64,000 bases of DNA. Source: Prasinococcaceae sp. CCMP 1430. Taxonomy: Eukaryota > Plantae > Prasinodermophyta. How positions within the stretch are numbered: position 1 is the stretch's first letter; each line of letters opens with the position of its first letter. The position numbers were made by a program, and so were the translations under genes. This document shows positions 53,814 through 64,000 of the stretch, in pieces. The notes under the pieces were generated by a model. It saw only the letters and a list, made by a program, of their open reading frames with translations. It did no database searches and was not told the origin of the DNA. The stretch spans positions 11,368 through 75,367 of the forward strand of contig RQSC01001393.1 in assembly GCA_013416795.1 (NCBI GenBank), read 5' to 3'.

Positions 53814-54053
53814 TCACTCGATGCCGAGCTTGCCCAGCGCGGCCTTGGCGTCCTTAATGTCCTGCCTCAGCGCCGCGCCCTCGGCGGGCACTGTGCGGAA
53901 CGTGAGCACGCGGTACGCGACGGATGCGAGAGCGTACGCACCCAGCCCCGCGATGGCCAGCAACGGTGCGAAGCGCGCGGCTATTCCCGCAGCCCCGGGC
54001 GCCTCGCCCGCGCCCGCGCGCAGCGCGCAGGCCCACGCGACGAGCGCCGACGC
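53814..54053 (-). CDS. DPM3: Dolichol-phosphate mannosyltransferase subunit 3, 5' partial (not in the ORF track)
   Basis: Manual translation: ASALVAWACAL...FAPLLAIAGLGAYALASVAYRVLTFRTVPAEGAALRQDIKDAKAALGKLGIE*. This matches the DPM3 pattern (G.Y.L..V.Y.V.TF...P.....L...I..A...L...G). There is no in-frame ATG before the upstream stop at 54236-54234. Confidence 0.75.
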   Translation of the reverse strand, partial: ASALVAWACALRAGAGEAPGAAGIAARFAPLLAIAGLGAYALASVAYRVLTFRTVPAEGAALRQDIKDAKAALGKLGIE

Positions 54054-54069
54054 GCGCGCGCGCGCGCGC

Positions 54070-54314
54070 CCGCGAAAATCGCAGCGGCGCGCGGCGGGAA
54101 AACGGTTCGAACGCGTGCGGAGCGCGTTTTCGGGGCGCGCCCCCGCCGCGGAAGCGGAAGCGCGAGCCGAAAACCCGGGACGCGCGCGTTCGACGGCCGC
54201 GGTGAACCCGCGCGTGTGCCGAAATGACCCGGGTCATGGAGTGGAAGACCCGGTCACGTCGGCGAAAGACCGGGGTCGCGCGGGCGTGCGCGCGGCGCGC
54301 CGAAATTTTCGCGC
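54070..54314. promoter_or_regulatory. Cluster of E2F-type sites upstream of DNA polymerase epsilon
   Basis: CCGCGAAA at 54070-54077, GCGGGAAA (= TTTCCCGC) at 54094-54101 and TTTCGCGC at 54307-54314 match the E2F consensus TTTSSCGS. This is typical of replication-gene promoters. Confidence 0.6.
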
Positions 54315-54519
54315 GCGCGCTGGCGAGCGCGCGCGCGCGCCCCACTGAGCCTTTGGAAAGCATGTCAAAAGGAATGCGCGCCGCCGCCCGCGGCGATTTG
54401 CCGCCCTGGCGCTGCCGTGCGGGCCTGAGGAAGGGAGTGGGGAGCGCGTGGAGTGCGGAGTGGCGCGCGCCGCCTGCGGCAGGGGCTGAGGGCCACAGCT
54501 TGCGCTTGTCGCGGCCGCA

Positions 54520-57500
54520 ATGGCTCGCCAGCCGCGGCGGCTGAATGACATTGGCAGGGGCTCAGGGGCGGCCGCGTTCTCCGGCCGAGGCTCGGGCCGC
54601 GACCACATCCGCCGGCCGAGCGGCGGCGGCGGAAAGTACCGCAGCAAGCAGAATGATAACTACATGGGCAAGTGGCGCGGCGGCGCCGCGGGCGAGGCGG
54701 CCGCGAGGCGGGATGGCGAGGGCGGTGGCGGCGGCCGCTACGGCGGTGCCGATCGCTTCAGCAAGCATGCCAAGGATTCGGGCGACACGCCTGCCCCTGC
54801 TGCGGATGAGCAGCCCAAGGGGCCCGCGTCGGACGCTCGCACTGAGGAGGACCTGCAGGTGGAGCGCGACATGGGCTACGAGCTCTACGACGAAGGCGAC
54901 GACGGTCTTGGCTGGCTCATGAACATGAATGCGACCACGATGACCGATGTCAGCAGCGGCCGCGAGGTCGCCGCGGTGGCGTGCTACTTCATGCGGCAGA
55001 ATGGTTCGACTTTCAAGGCGGATGTGCCTTTCACGCCGTACTTTTATGTGGTCACCAAGCCAGGCCACGAGGCAGAGGTGGAGAATTACCTGCGGCGCAA
55101 GCACGAGGGCCGGATCAAGGACGTCGACGCGCAGGTGGAAAAGGAGGATCTCGACCTCAAGGTGCGCGCGCTGCGATTCGGGAAGGAGGCGAGGATGCCG
55201 CGGGCGCCTGGCGCGGCGCCCGCGCTCCCGCGCGCCGGGGCGCCCCGCGCCACGAAAGCGCCCCGGAGTGCGTGCGAACCGCTGGCTGACTCGCGCGCAC
55301 GCGCCGCGCATCATCCCGCAGAATCACCTGAGCGGTATCAAACGCCGAGTGCTGAAGCTGTCGTTCTACACGACGGCCGATCTCAATGAGGTGAAGCGGG
55401 AGGTGCAGCCGGCTGTGCAGCGAAACAAGCGCCGCGCGCAGGCCGTGGACGCGTACCATGCGCTCATGGCGCGCCGCGAGGGATCCAAGGGGCGCAAGGA
55501 CGCCGTGGACGAGGCCCTCACCCACATCGAGGACGTGCGCGAGTATGACGTGCCGTACCACATGCGCTTTTCCATCGACACGGGCGTGCGCTGTGGCCTG
55601 TGGTTCGAGGCCAAGTCGACGATGGGAGTTATCTCGCTCGAGGCGCGCCCCGACCTCAAGCTCGGCCCTGGCCCACGTGTGTGCGCATTCGACATTGAGT
55701 GTAGCAAGCAGCCGCTGAAGTTTCCGAATGCCGAGTTTGATGAGGTGATCATGATTTCGTACATGCTCGACAAGCAGGGCTACCTCATCACGAACCGCGA
55801 GTGGGTGAGCGATGACATTGACAACTTCGAGTACACGCCCAAGCCAGAGTATGAGGGCAATTTCATCGTGTGGAACGAGCCCGACGAGCGCGCGGTGCTG
55901 CGCCGCTGGTTTGACCACATGCGCGAGGCGAAGCCTGGCATCTTTGTGACTTTCAACGGGGACTGGTTCGACTTTCCGTTCATCGAAACCCGCGCGACCA
56001 AGCACGGCATGGACATGTACCAGGAGATCGGCTTCCGCTGCGAAAACAACCAGTGCAAGAGCAAGAGCGGCGTGCACATGGACGCGCTCTGCTGGGTGCG
56101 CCGCGACTCGTACCTTCCGCAGGGCTCGCAGGGCCTCAAGGCAGTCACAAAGGCAAAGCTGGGGTACAACCCGCTCGAAGTCGCACCTGAAGATATGGTA
56201 CGGCTCTGTCACGAGCAGCCGCAGGTCATGGCCAGCTACTCTGTCTCCGATGCCGTGGCCACGTACTACCTGTACATGACCTACGTCCACCAGTTCATCT
56301 TCTCGCTCGCCACCATCATTCCGCTATCCCCCGATGAGGTGCTGCGCAAGGGCTCAGGCACGCTCTGCGAGAGCCTGCTCATGGTCGAGGCCTTCAACAA
56401 CAACATCCTGGCGCCCAACAAGCACCAGTCTGGCGGCGTCAAGTGGTACAATGGCCACCCGCTCAACAGCGAGACATACATCGGTGGCCACGTTGAGTGT
56501 CTGCAGAGCGGCGTCTACCGCTCTGACATCGAGACCGACTTTCATTTAGAGCCTGCGGGGTACCAGAAGCTCTTGGACAACCTGGATCGTGACCTGCAGT
56601 ACGCCATTGAGGTCGAGGGCAAGCTTAAGATGGATGAAATCACCAACTACGACGAAGTGAAGAGCAAGATCTCGGCCATCCTCACCGAGCTCCGCGACAA
56701 CCCTGTTCGCAACGAAACGCCCACCTTGTACCATCTCGACGTCGCCGCCATGTACCCAAACATCATCCTCACGAATCGCCTCCAGCCGTCCGCGATGGTG
56801 AGCAAGGACGTCTGTGCGGCCTGCGACTACAACCGCCCGGGCAAGAATTGCCTCCGCGAGCTGCCGTGGACGTGGCGCGGCGAGCACTTCGCCTCCACGC
56901 GCGCCGACTACGCGCATGTGCGGAACCAGCTCGAGGCCGAGGTTTTCCCCCCGGAGGAGCCGGGCGGCGATCCGCGCACCTGGCGCGACCTTAAGCCCGA
57001 GGAGCGCACCGCCAAAACCACAGCGCGCCTCAAGCAGTACACGCACAAGGTGTACCGCCGGGTGATGGACAAGCCCGTCACTGAGAATCGCACCGGCGGC
57101 ATCTGCCAGCGCGAGAACTCGTTCTACGTCGACACAGTGCTCGCCTTCCGCGATCGCCGCTACGAGTACAAGGGGCTTACCAAGGTGTGGAAGGGCAAGC
57201 AAAAGGAAGCCGAGGCCAACAAGGACGTCATTGCCTTGCAGGAGGCGAAGGATCTCTCGACCAAGTACGACTCGCTGCAGCTGGCCCACAAGTGTATCCT
57301 CAACTCGTTCTACGGCTACGTCATGCGCAAGGGTGCTCGCTGGTACTCAATGGAGATGGCTGGCGTGGTGACTCTGACGGGCGCCAACATCATCAAGTGC
57401 GCATGCGACCTCATCCACCAGGTTGGCAAGCCGCTGGAGCTGGACACTGACGGCATTTGGTGCGCGCTTCCCGGGTGCTTTCCAGAGGACTACACGTTCA

Positions 57501-60500
57501 CGACCACGCGCACCGACAAGAAGAAGAAGTTCGAGATCTCGTACCCGTGCGTGATGCTCAATGTTGACGTGGCGCGCAACAACACCAACGACCAATACGC
57601 GACGCTCGTGGAGAACGAGGACGGCACCAAGTCGTGGAACGTCGAGTCGCGCATGTCCATCGAGTTCGAAGTGGATGGCCCGTACAAGGCCATGATCCTC
57701 CCCGCGTCGCAGGAGGAGGGTAAACTCCTGAAGAAGCGCTACGCTGTCTTCAACTTTGATGGATCACTCGCCGAGCTCAAGGGCTTCGAGCTGAAGCGCC
57801 GTGGCGAGCTCAACATGGTGAAGATCTTCCAATCTGAGGTTTTCGGCCAGTTCCTCAAGGGTACGACGCTCGAGGAGTGCTACGCTGCCGTCGCAGCGGT
57901 CGCCAACCGCTGGGTCGACATGCTCGAAACGCGCGGCGAGGACTTCGTCGACGAGGAGTTGCTTGAGTACATCTCGGAGAGCACTACGCTTTCGAAGACG
58001 CTCGAAGAGTACGGCGACCGCAAGGGCTCGGCGGTGACCACGGCCAAGCGCCTCGCAGAGTTCCTCGGCCCCGAGACAGTCAAGGACAAGGGCCTGGCAT
58101 GCGAGTACATTATCAGCAAGGAGCCATCAGAGAAGAGTGTGTCGGACCGCTGTATTCCCGTGATGATCTTCAGCGCCGAGCCGGCGGAGCGCCGGCACTA
58201 TTTGCGCCGCTGGACGAGGACGAACGGCGAGCTTGACCTGCGCAGTGTGGTCGACTGGGGCTACTACATGAAGCGCCTTGGCAGTGCCGTGCAGAAGATC
58301 ATCACCATCCCGGCCGCTCTGCAGATGATCGACAACCCCGTGCCCCGGATTAAGCACCCCGACTGGCTGACTCGCCTCGTGCGTGAACAGAAGTCCACCT
58401 GCAAGCAGCAGCAGCTGAAGAGCTTCTTCTCGTCAATTTCGCCGGAGGAGGCCGCTCAGGCCATGGAGATTGAGACCAAGAAGGCGACCGAGCGCGCCCT
58501 GCGCGGCGGCAAGGCCCCAGGCGATATGGAGGATGCCCCGGGGGCTTTGACGGTGGCAGAGCTGATGAAGGCTGCGAAGGACCCGACGCGAAGTGCCAAA
58601 GCGCGGAAGCGCGCCGCCGATGCGCGCGACGAGATGCTCGTGCAGCAGGAGCAGCCCAATCGCCGCGAGGACTACGCCGCTTGGCTCGTGTGGTCGAAGG
58701 CACGATGGAGGCGCGACAGGCTTGCTCGCAAGCGCCAGCGAATCGCCGCACACAATGTGCAAGTGGCGCCCGGTGGCGGTGCCATGGCAAACGGTGCGGT
58801 AGGAGTTGCGGCTGGGCCCGGAGCTTCGATCGCTGGGGCGACCACCAGCTTCGGTGCAAGCGCGGGCTGGCACATTGTGCAGGTGCGCGAGCGCGCGGAT
58901 GGGAGTGTCACGATGTGGGCGCTGGCCGGCGGTTCTCTGCAGGCGATCCCGTTGGATGCAGAGCGATCGTTCTACGTCAACATGCTCGAACCGCCCCCGG
59001 AAGGCGCAGCGATCGGCACGCCGTGCCAGCGCCAGCTTCCACGAGGCCGCAAGTGCGCGCACCTGTACGAGGCGCGCGTGCCAGCGCAGTCCTTCTCCAT
59101 GGACATGCTGAACGCCCAAGCGTCGGACCCGAACGTGGAGGGCGTGTACGAGGCTGGCGTTGGGGTGGCCCGTCAGGTGGCCATCTCAGTGGGGGCAATG
59201 GCGACGCCGTGCGTCTCCGTGCGGCGGCGCCCGCTCGGCGACCCCGTGCGTCCGCAGGAGCTTCGCATGGCGCCAGAAGCTGCCGGGAGCTACATGCGCG
59301 GCTTCGTCGAAGGCCAGCAGCGGACCTTTGGCCCGCTCGCGGGACTCCCCTTGACTCCGCTGTATCTGTACCACAGCGTGAGCGGCAGGCGCGCCATATA
59401 CGCGCTGCACATGCCATCTACTGGCACTTGCAGAGTGGTCGTGGTGGCGCCCGCGAATGCTGCGAAGGATGTCTCGATACAGTCAATGAAAAAGGCCTTC
59501 CGCCAAGCGGCGCGATCGGTGGGAGCGGACGATTCAGAAGGCTCGGTCCCCACTTTTGAGGTTGACTACAGCAACACATTTGAGGCCGCGCGCAAGCGCC
59601 TCTCCCGCCACGAGAAGGCCTTCAGAGATTCGAAGCCAGGCGGCGTGCTCGTGCTGGTCGAGTCACCGAGTGGTGCCGCCGGGGTTCTGCGGGAAGAACT
59701 TCCCTCGCTGGACGCGTACCCCATTTGCGAGGTTCCGGCTGTGGGTGCCGATTCCGAATACCCGCGCCTCGGCTGGATGCCCGCGGCGGCGACCATTGCG
59801 GCGCAGCGATGCGCGCTCGTGTCGCCGTGGCTTGAGGAGCGCATCGAGGCCGCGCGCGTGGCGGCGACGCCAATCGGGAACCTCTACGGCGATTCGCTGT
59901 GCGCTGTGGCAGATGCGCTGTACGCGCGCGCTCTGCACGAGTCTGGCCACTTGCTGTGGTGCGGAAACGACGCACTCTCTGGTTCGCGCCTTGCGTCGGC
60001 CTGCGGCACGTCGGAGAGCGCCGGTGAGGACGCAGATGCCGCGCTTTCCCTGGCGGGCAAGGGGGCGGGCGATGGCGCTGCGCCGGTTCTCATCGCCGGT
60101 GGCGGTGCTGGCACCACGGTGGACACGCCCGGCGCGTACCGGGAGGTGTGCATTGAGGTGCGACTCCACCACCTCGCCGTCAACGCGCTGCTGAAGAGTG
60201 GGGCCATGGCGGAGCTCGAGGGCACCGCCGCTTCCGCGGCCATGGAGGGCGGCACGGGCCCCGCGCTGAAGGTCCTGCGGCGCATGGTCGAGGGCTGGCT
60301 CGGCGCGGCTCGTGCGCGCGGCGAGTTCGCCGACGTCGCCGACTCGCTGCTGCGTGGCATGCAGAACTGGCTGTCGCAGCCGACCGCGGCCATGCACGAC
60401 CCGGCACTGCTTGCCTCCGTGCGCGCGGCGTCAGACAAGTGCCTGGTGCTGCTGCTCACGGAGCTCGGGGCGCTGGGTGGGCGCATCGTGCATGCGGACT

Positions 60501-61738
60501 CCTCGCGCGTCGTTATTGCCACTGGACGCCAGGGCATCGCGGGCGCGCGCGCGTGGCTCCAGCACGTGTGCAACTCGTTGCGCACGCACGAGCTGTTCTC
60601 GTGGCTGCACCTGGAGGAGTTGCGCTATTTCCGCGCGCTGCTCTGGTCGGACTCGTTCAACCATGGCGGAATCGAGGTGAGCCCACAGACGGTCGAGAAG
60701 GAGGTCCTCCAGCACGGCGACGCAGACGGCGGCTTCATTGGCGACTCGGATGGGATGGTGGCGGCAGATCAGGTGCCGCTATCGATGCCCACAGCCGGCG
60801 ATGAGGGGAGCGAATGGACGGGAGGCATGCGCATCACCTCGTGCTGGAACGTTGCGGAGCACCTGCCCGAGAAAACTCAGGACTTCTTCCTCGCAGCGGT
60901 GAGCGAATTCCTGTACGTGCCCTGGCGCAAGCAGGCCACGAGCACAGACGCCGCATCGGCTGCCGCCTCGGTCAGTGAATTTGTCAGCAGCGAGCTGCAG
61001 GCCAAGCTGCTGAAGTGGGTGGCGGGCATCGAGACGTGGGCGGCGAAGGCCCAGCCGGAGGAGCTGGCGCCGCCGAACGTCCCTGGTGTGCACACCACGT
61101 CGGACCACATGGCCGCGGCCCCTGCGCTCGAGTTCGTCAAGGCCGTGTGCCACACCCTTAGCCTGGACGAGGCCTGCAGCGCCAAGGTGATAGTGCTCCG
61201 ACGAAACCTTCTCAAGACGCTGCACGTGCGTGAGTTCGACGTCGACGCGCAGTGGCGCGACCCGATTTCGCCTCTGATCATCCCGGGTGTGGTGTGCGCG
61301 CAGTGCGGCGTGAGCCACGACCTCGACATCGCGCGCGACAGCATGCTGCTGGCGGCCAGCGGCGGCGGCGCGTGGAGCTGCCCCACGCCCGGCTGTGGCG
61401 CGACGCTCGACAAGGCCGTCATCGAGCAGCGCCTGGTCAACGCGATGAGCGACATGATGACGGCGTACCAGGGCCAGGACTTGCGATGCGTCAAGTGCAG
61501 GCTGGTCAAGGAAGGCGTCATGGGTGCAAACTGCTCGTGCTCAGGCAAGTTCACCACTGTGGTGAAGCCCTCGGCCGTCAAGCACGCGCTGCACACCGTG
61601 CGTAGCGTGACGGCCTTCCATGGCATGGACACCGCTGCCGCGGCCGCGGGCTTCCTTTCGAGCGCAGCCGATGGCGACACTGCCCACGCAGTCGCGCTGG
61701 CGGGCGCCGCCGCGGTCGACGGCGAGACGGCGGCGTGA
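54520..61738 (+). CDS. POLE: DNA polymerase epsilon catalytic subunit A
   Basis: Exons 54520-55161 and 55322-61738. Motifs: GWLMNM, exonuclease AFDIE and TFNGDWFD, polymerase YHLDVAAMYPNII, CysX CAACDYNRPGKNC, KCILNSFYGY and LELDTDG, an inactive second module, and C-terminal Zn fingers CAQC..C..PGC and CVKC..CSC. Confidence 0.98.
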
Positions 61739-62019
61739 GTGCCGCCCGCTCCAGTACGCGCAGGCGCGCGCCCAGGCGCGCGCCTCGCGCCATAATAACT
61801 GTGCCCCATTCTAATACACGGCGGCGGCGTCGCGCCTGGCGTCGCGCCTGCCGTGCAGCGCCGCGTGCCGCACCCCACGCGGCGCCCGCGCGCCGCCGCC
61901 GCTGCCACCATCAAAACGAACGCGGCATATCCGAAGAATTCCGGAGATTCAAATCTGACACAAAAGTAACGGTGGCGGCGGGCGGTTGGGAGGGCACGAG
62001 GTGACGCGATGGGGCGGGG

Positions 62020-62021
<2 letters not shown>

Positions 62022-62105
<84 letters not shown>
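62022..62105 (+). repeat. (GT)n microsatellite
   Basis: About 42 GT units ending at the single N (62106). Confidence 0.97.
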
Positions 62106-62106
62106 N

Positions 62107-62197
62107 TCGCAATGTCGCAAATGTCGCAACGTCGCAATGTCGCAACGTTGTCGCAACGTCGCCATGCCGCAACGTCGGCAACGTCGCAATGTCGCAA
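62107..62197 (+). repeat. 8-bp minisatellite, consensus (GTCGCAAY)n
   Basis: About 11 imperfect copies of gtcgcaat/gtcgcaac immediately after the N. Confidence 0.85.
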
Positions 62198-62253
62198 GAA
62201 TGTATGCTGTCAATGCGCGTCCCCTTCCCAATGTGAGAGCGGGCGCGGTTTCT

Positions 62254-62352
62254 TCACATGCGCGCGGTGTTGAAGCTGCCGCACGCCTGGCACTTGAGCC
62301 CCAGCACGTGGAAGGGCGTGTTGCTCACGTGGCCGCAGTCGTTGCAAAGCGC
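62254..62352 (-). CDS. CHY/RING zinc-finger protein (RCHY1/Pirh2-like), last exon only
   Basis: After a CGCCAG acceptor the exon reads ALCNDCGHVSNTPFHVLGLKCQACGSFNTARM*, the zinc-ribbon C-terminus of Pirh2-like proteins. No upstream exons were found. Confidence 0.85.
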   Translation of the reverse strand, partial: ALCNDCGHVSNTPFHVLGLKCQACGSFNTARM

Positions 62353-62355
62353 CTG

Positions 62356-62700
62356 GCGCGTGAGAGCGCACGCGTGTGTGTGGATGTGCGTGTGTGCGCG
62401 CGCGTGTGTGTGTGTGTGTGCGTGTGCGTGTGTGTGTGCGTGTGTGTGCACGCGTGTGTGCACGCGTGTGTGTGGGTGGGTGTGCACGCGTGTGTGTGCG
62501 TGTGTGTGCGCGCGTGTGTGTGAGCATGCCGGCGCACGCGCGCGTGCGTGTGCGTATGTCGCGCGTGCCGTGCGTGTCGCGCGTGTGCGCGTGCGCATAC
62601 AATCGTGTGTGCGTCAGCGCTTGCGCGTGCGCTGCGCGGGTTGCGCGCGTGGCAATCCACACACGCGCACACACCATCCCACCCACTTGTCTCATTGCGC
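62356..62700. repeat. Compound GT/GC dinucleotide low-complexity tract
   Basis: Interspersed (GT)n, (GC)n and GTGCAC/GTGCGC units. Confidence 0.85.
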
Positions 62701-62707
62701 GGTACAG

Positions 62708-63384
62708 GGCATCCACGAATTCACCGTGAGCGACGCGGTGCCCTGGAAGCCGCCGCTGCTCGCCAGCACGAAGAGCAACAACTACATGCTCAACTGCATG
62801 ATGGGCATGGTGAGCCGCGAGCGCGGCGGCTGGTTCGGCATCGGCGTGGACGCGTCCGGTAATATCGGCGAGAGCTGCGTGGGCAACGTGGCGGCGGTGG
62901 TCGAGGTGAGACAGCGAGCGAGCTGTGCCACGCGCGCTGCGGCGCGCCTTCGTATGCGCCCACGCCCACGCTCACGCGCGCGCGCGCACGCGTGCATGCA
63001 CGCGAACGTCGCTCCTGCGCGTGCTGCTCTCAGGGCGAGGGCGGAGCATGCTTGGTGACGCCGCCATTTGAGGGCATCCTCGCAGGCACCACCGTGCGGC
63101 GCGTGCTCGAGATGGTCGCCGCGGGAGAGGGTGGGCTCGCCGAGGTGCTGCCGGGAGCCGCCGAGCAGCGCGCTCTGTCCGCCGCTGAGGCGAAGGAGCG
63201 CGCCACCGAGATCATGATCATCGGCGGCGACACCCACGTCATGCCCTGCGTCGCGTGGGATGGCACGCCCGTCGGCGATGGCGCCGTGGGGCCCGTCGCC
63301 AGGGCCCTCGAGGCCGCGCTCGTGCGCGACCGCGACACGAACCTCGGCGAGCGCGTCGAGGTGCCTTACGGCCAGTATGAATAG
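62708..63384 (+). CDS. PLP-dependent class IV aminotransferase / ADC-lyase-like protein, 5' partial
   Basis: Exons 62708-62905 and 63034-63384 give STKSNNYMLN (PLP lysine), GNIGESCVGNV, LVTPPFEGILAGTTVRRVL and MPCVAWDGTPVGDGAVGPV. Confidence 0.9.
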
Positions 63385-63551
63385 AGGGCGCGGGCGTGCG
63401 GGCGCGCGGCCGGCGGGGCTGGCGATGGGGAGCGGGCAGGTTGGCATGGCGCACACCCGCGCCCGTTACCCACAAATGGCTGCAGCTGCGGGTGTCAATC
63501 CATGGTACTGTACACAAGTTTACACGCGCCGGTGTGCGCGCTCACGCTGAG

Positions 63552-64000
63552 CTAGAACTCGACGCTCTTTGAGTGCGTGCCCTTTGCATCCCCCTGCGAC
63601 GTCATGGCGTCGGCGCCGAGCAGTGCCTCGCACAGCGCCACCAGGCGTTCCAATGGCGTCGCATCGGGGGCGAGCGAGGGGGCTTCTGCGCCTTCGCCGG
63701 CTCCCTCGGGCGCCGGCGCGATGTCCTCGCCCGCCGCGCGGCACACATCGCCGATGGCCGCCGCGAGCTGCGCCTGGACCGCTGCGAGCGCCACCCTGTC
63801 GCGCGCCTCTGCTGCGCCGTCCGGATATCTCGCCACCGCTTTGGCGATTGCGTCGTTCACGCGGCTCGCCTCGAGCAGCGCCCCGCGCCGCGCGCTGAGC
63901 GCCTCGAGCGCGAGCTGCAGCTCCTCGAGCACCCCTGCTTCGACGGCGTCGCCGGCGCCCGAGCGCGCGCGCCACGAGCTGACGGCCGCGGCCGCGCTCG
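63552..64000 (-). CDS. Hypothetical helical protein, 3' end only
   Basis: Frame open from the window end to TAG 63552 (LEELQLALEAL...LERLVALCEALL). No family recognised. Confidence 0.55.
   Translation of the reverse strand, partial: SAAAAVSSWRARSGAGDAVEAGVLEELQLALEALSARRGALLEASRVNDAIAKAVARYPDGAAEARDRVALAAVQAQLAAAIGDVCRAAGEDIAPAPEGAGEGAEAPSLAPDATPLERLVALCEALLGADAMTSQGDAKGTHSKSVEF

Noticed and set aside
54947-55321. 2263-aa ORF start as the POLE N-terminus
   Set aside because: The first roughly 125 residues are off-frame exon or intron sequence. The real gene starts at 54520 and splices 55162-55321.
94-63033. Introner-like repeated introns
   Set aside because: Introns share only generic features (GTGCG/GTGAG/GTACG donors, GCTGAC branch sites, GC/CA dinucleotide runs). 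I saw no extended pairwise similarity.
1-64000. Most long overlapping ORFs in the six-frame track (Arg/Ala/Pro-rich, antisense or alternate frame)
   Set aside because: They are shadow ORFs expected at about 70% GC. They lack motifs and overlap better-supported genes.
1-64000. rRNA, tRNA, snRNA, CRISPR arrays, transposase/RT/integrase genes
   Set aside because: I saw no diagnostic sequence by eye. A covariance-model scan could still find small RNAs.

Overview
This is a very GC-rich (about 70% by eye), gene-dense eukaryotic nuclear window from a green alga, probably prasinophyte-grade. The evidence is a chlorophyll a/b-binding LHC gene, TGTAA poly(A)-type signals, short GT-AG introns with GCTGAC branch sites, and an IFT81 gene. 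I can support about 40 intron-containing or intronless protein genes. Those recognisable to gene or family are an LHC, SmD3, SF3B2, a cytochrome b5-domain protein, a mitochondrial carrier, an RlmN-like radical SAM enzyme, SmE, an ALKBH-type dioxygenase, UMP kinase, pyrophosphatase, PPAT/CoaD, an R3H-ankyrin DEAH helicase, TMEM45-like, a PT-repeat secreted protein, a SET-domain protein, an RluA-like/RlmI-like fusion, TspO, bestrophin, OSCA/TMEM63, IFT81, nitroreductase, an NYN nuclease, MsrB, glutaredoxin, a homeodomain-TM protein, VIT1/CCC1, SAM50, CTF8, DPM3, DNA polymerase epsilon, a CHY/RING fragment and a class IV aminotransferase. The assembly is draft quality, with three N gaps, five single Ns and several junctions that look like collapses. 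The best leads are a membrane-anchored homeodomain protein, a macrodomain/PARG-like enzyme of unknown family, a catalytically dead pseudouridine-synthase domain fused to an rRNA methyltransferase, an in-frame amber codon inside the OSCA channel, a stand-alone NYN nuclease, and an identical 13-bp telo-box element in introns of both Sm genes. I found no rRNA, tRNA, CRISPR array or intact mobile element. All family calls are from motif recognition by eye; no database searches were run.
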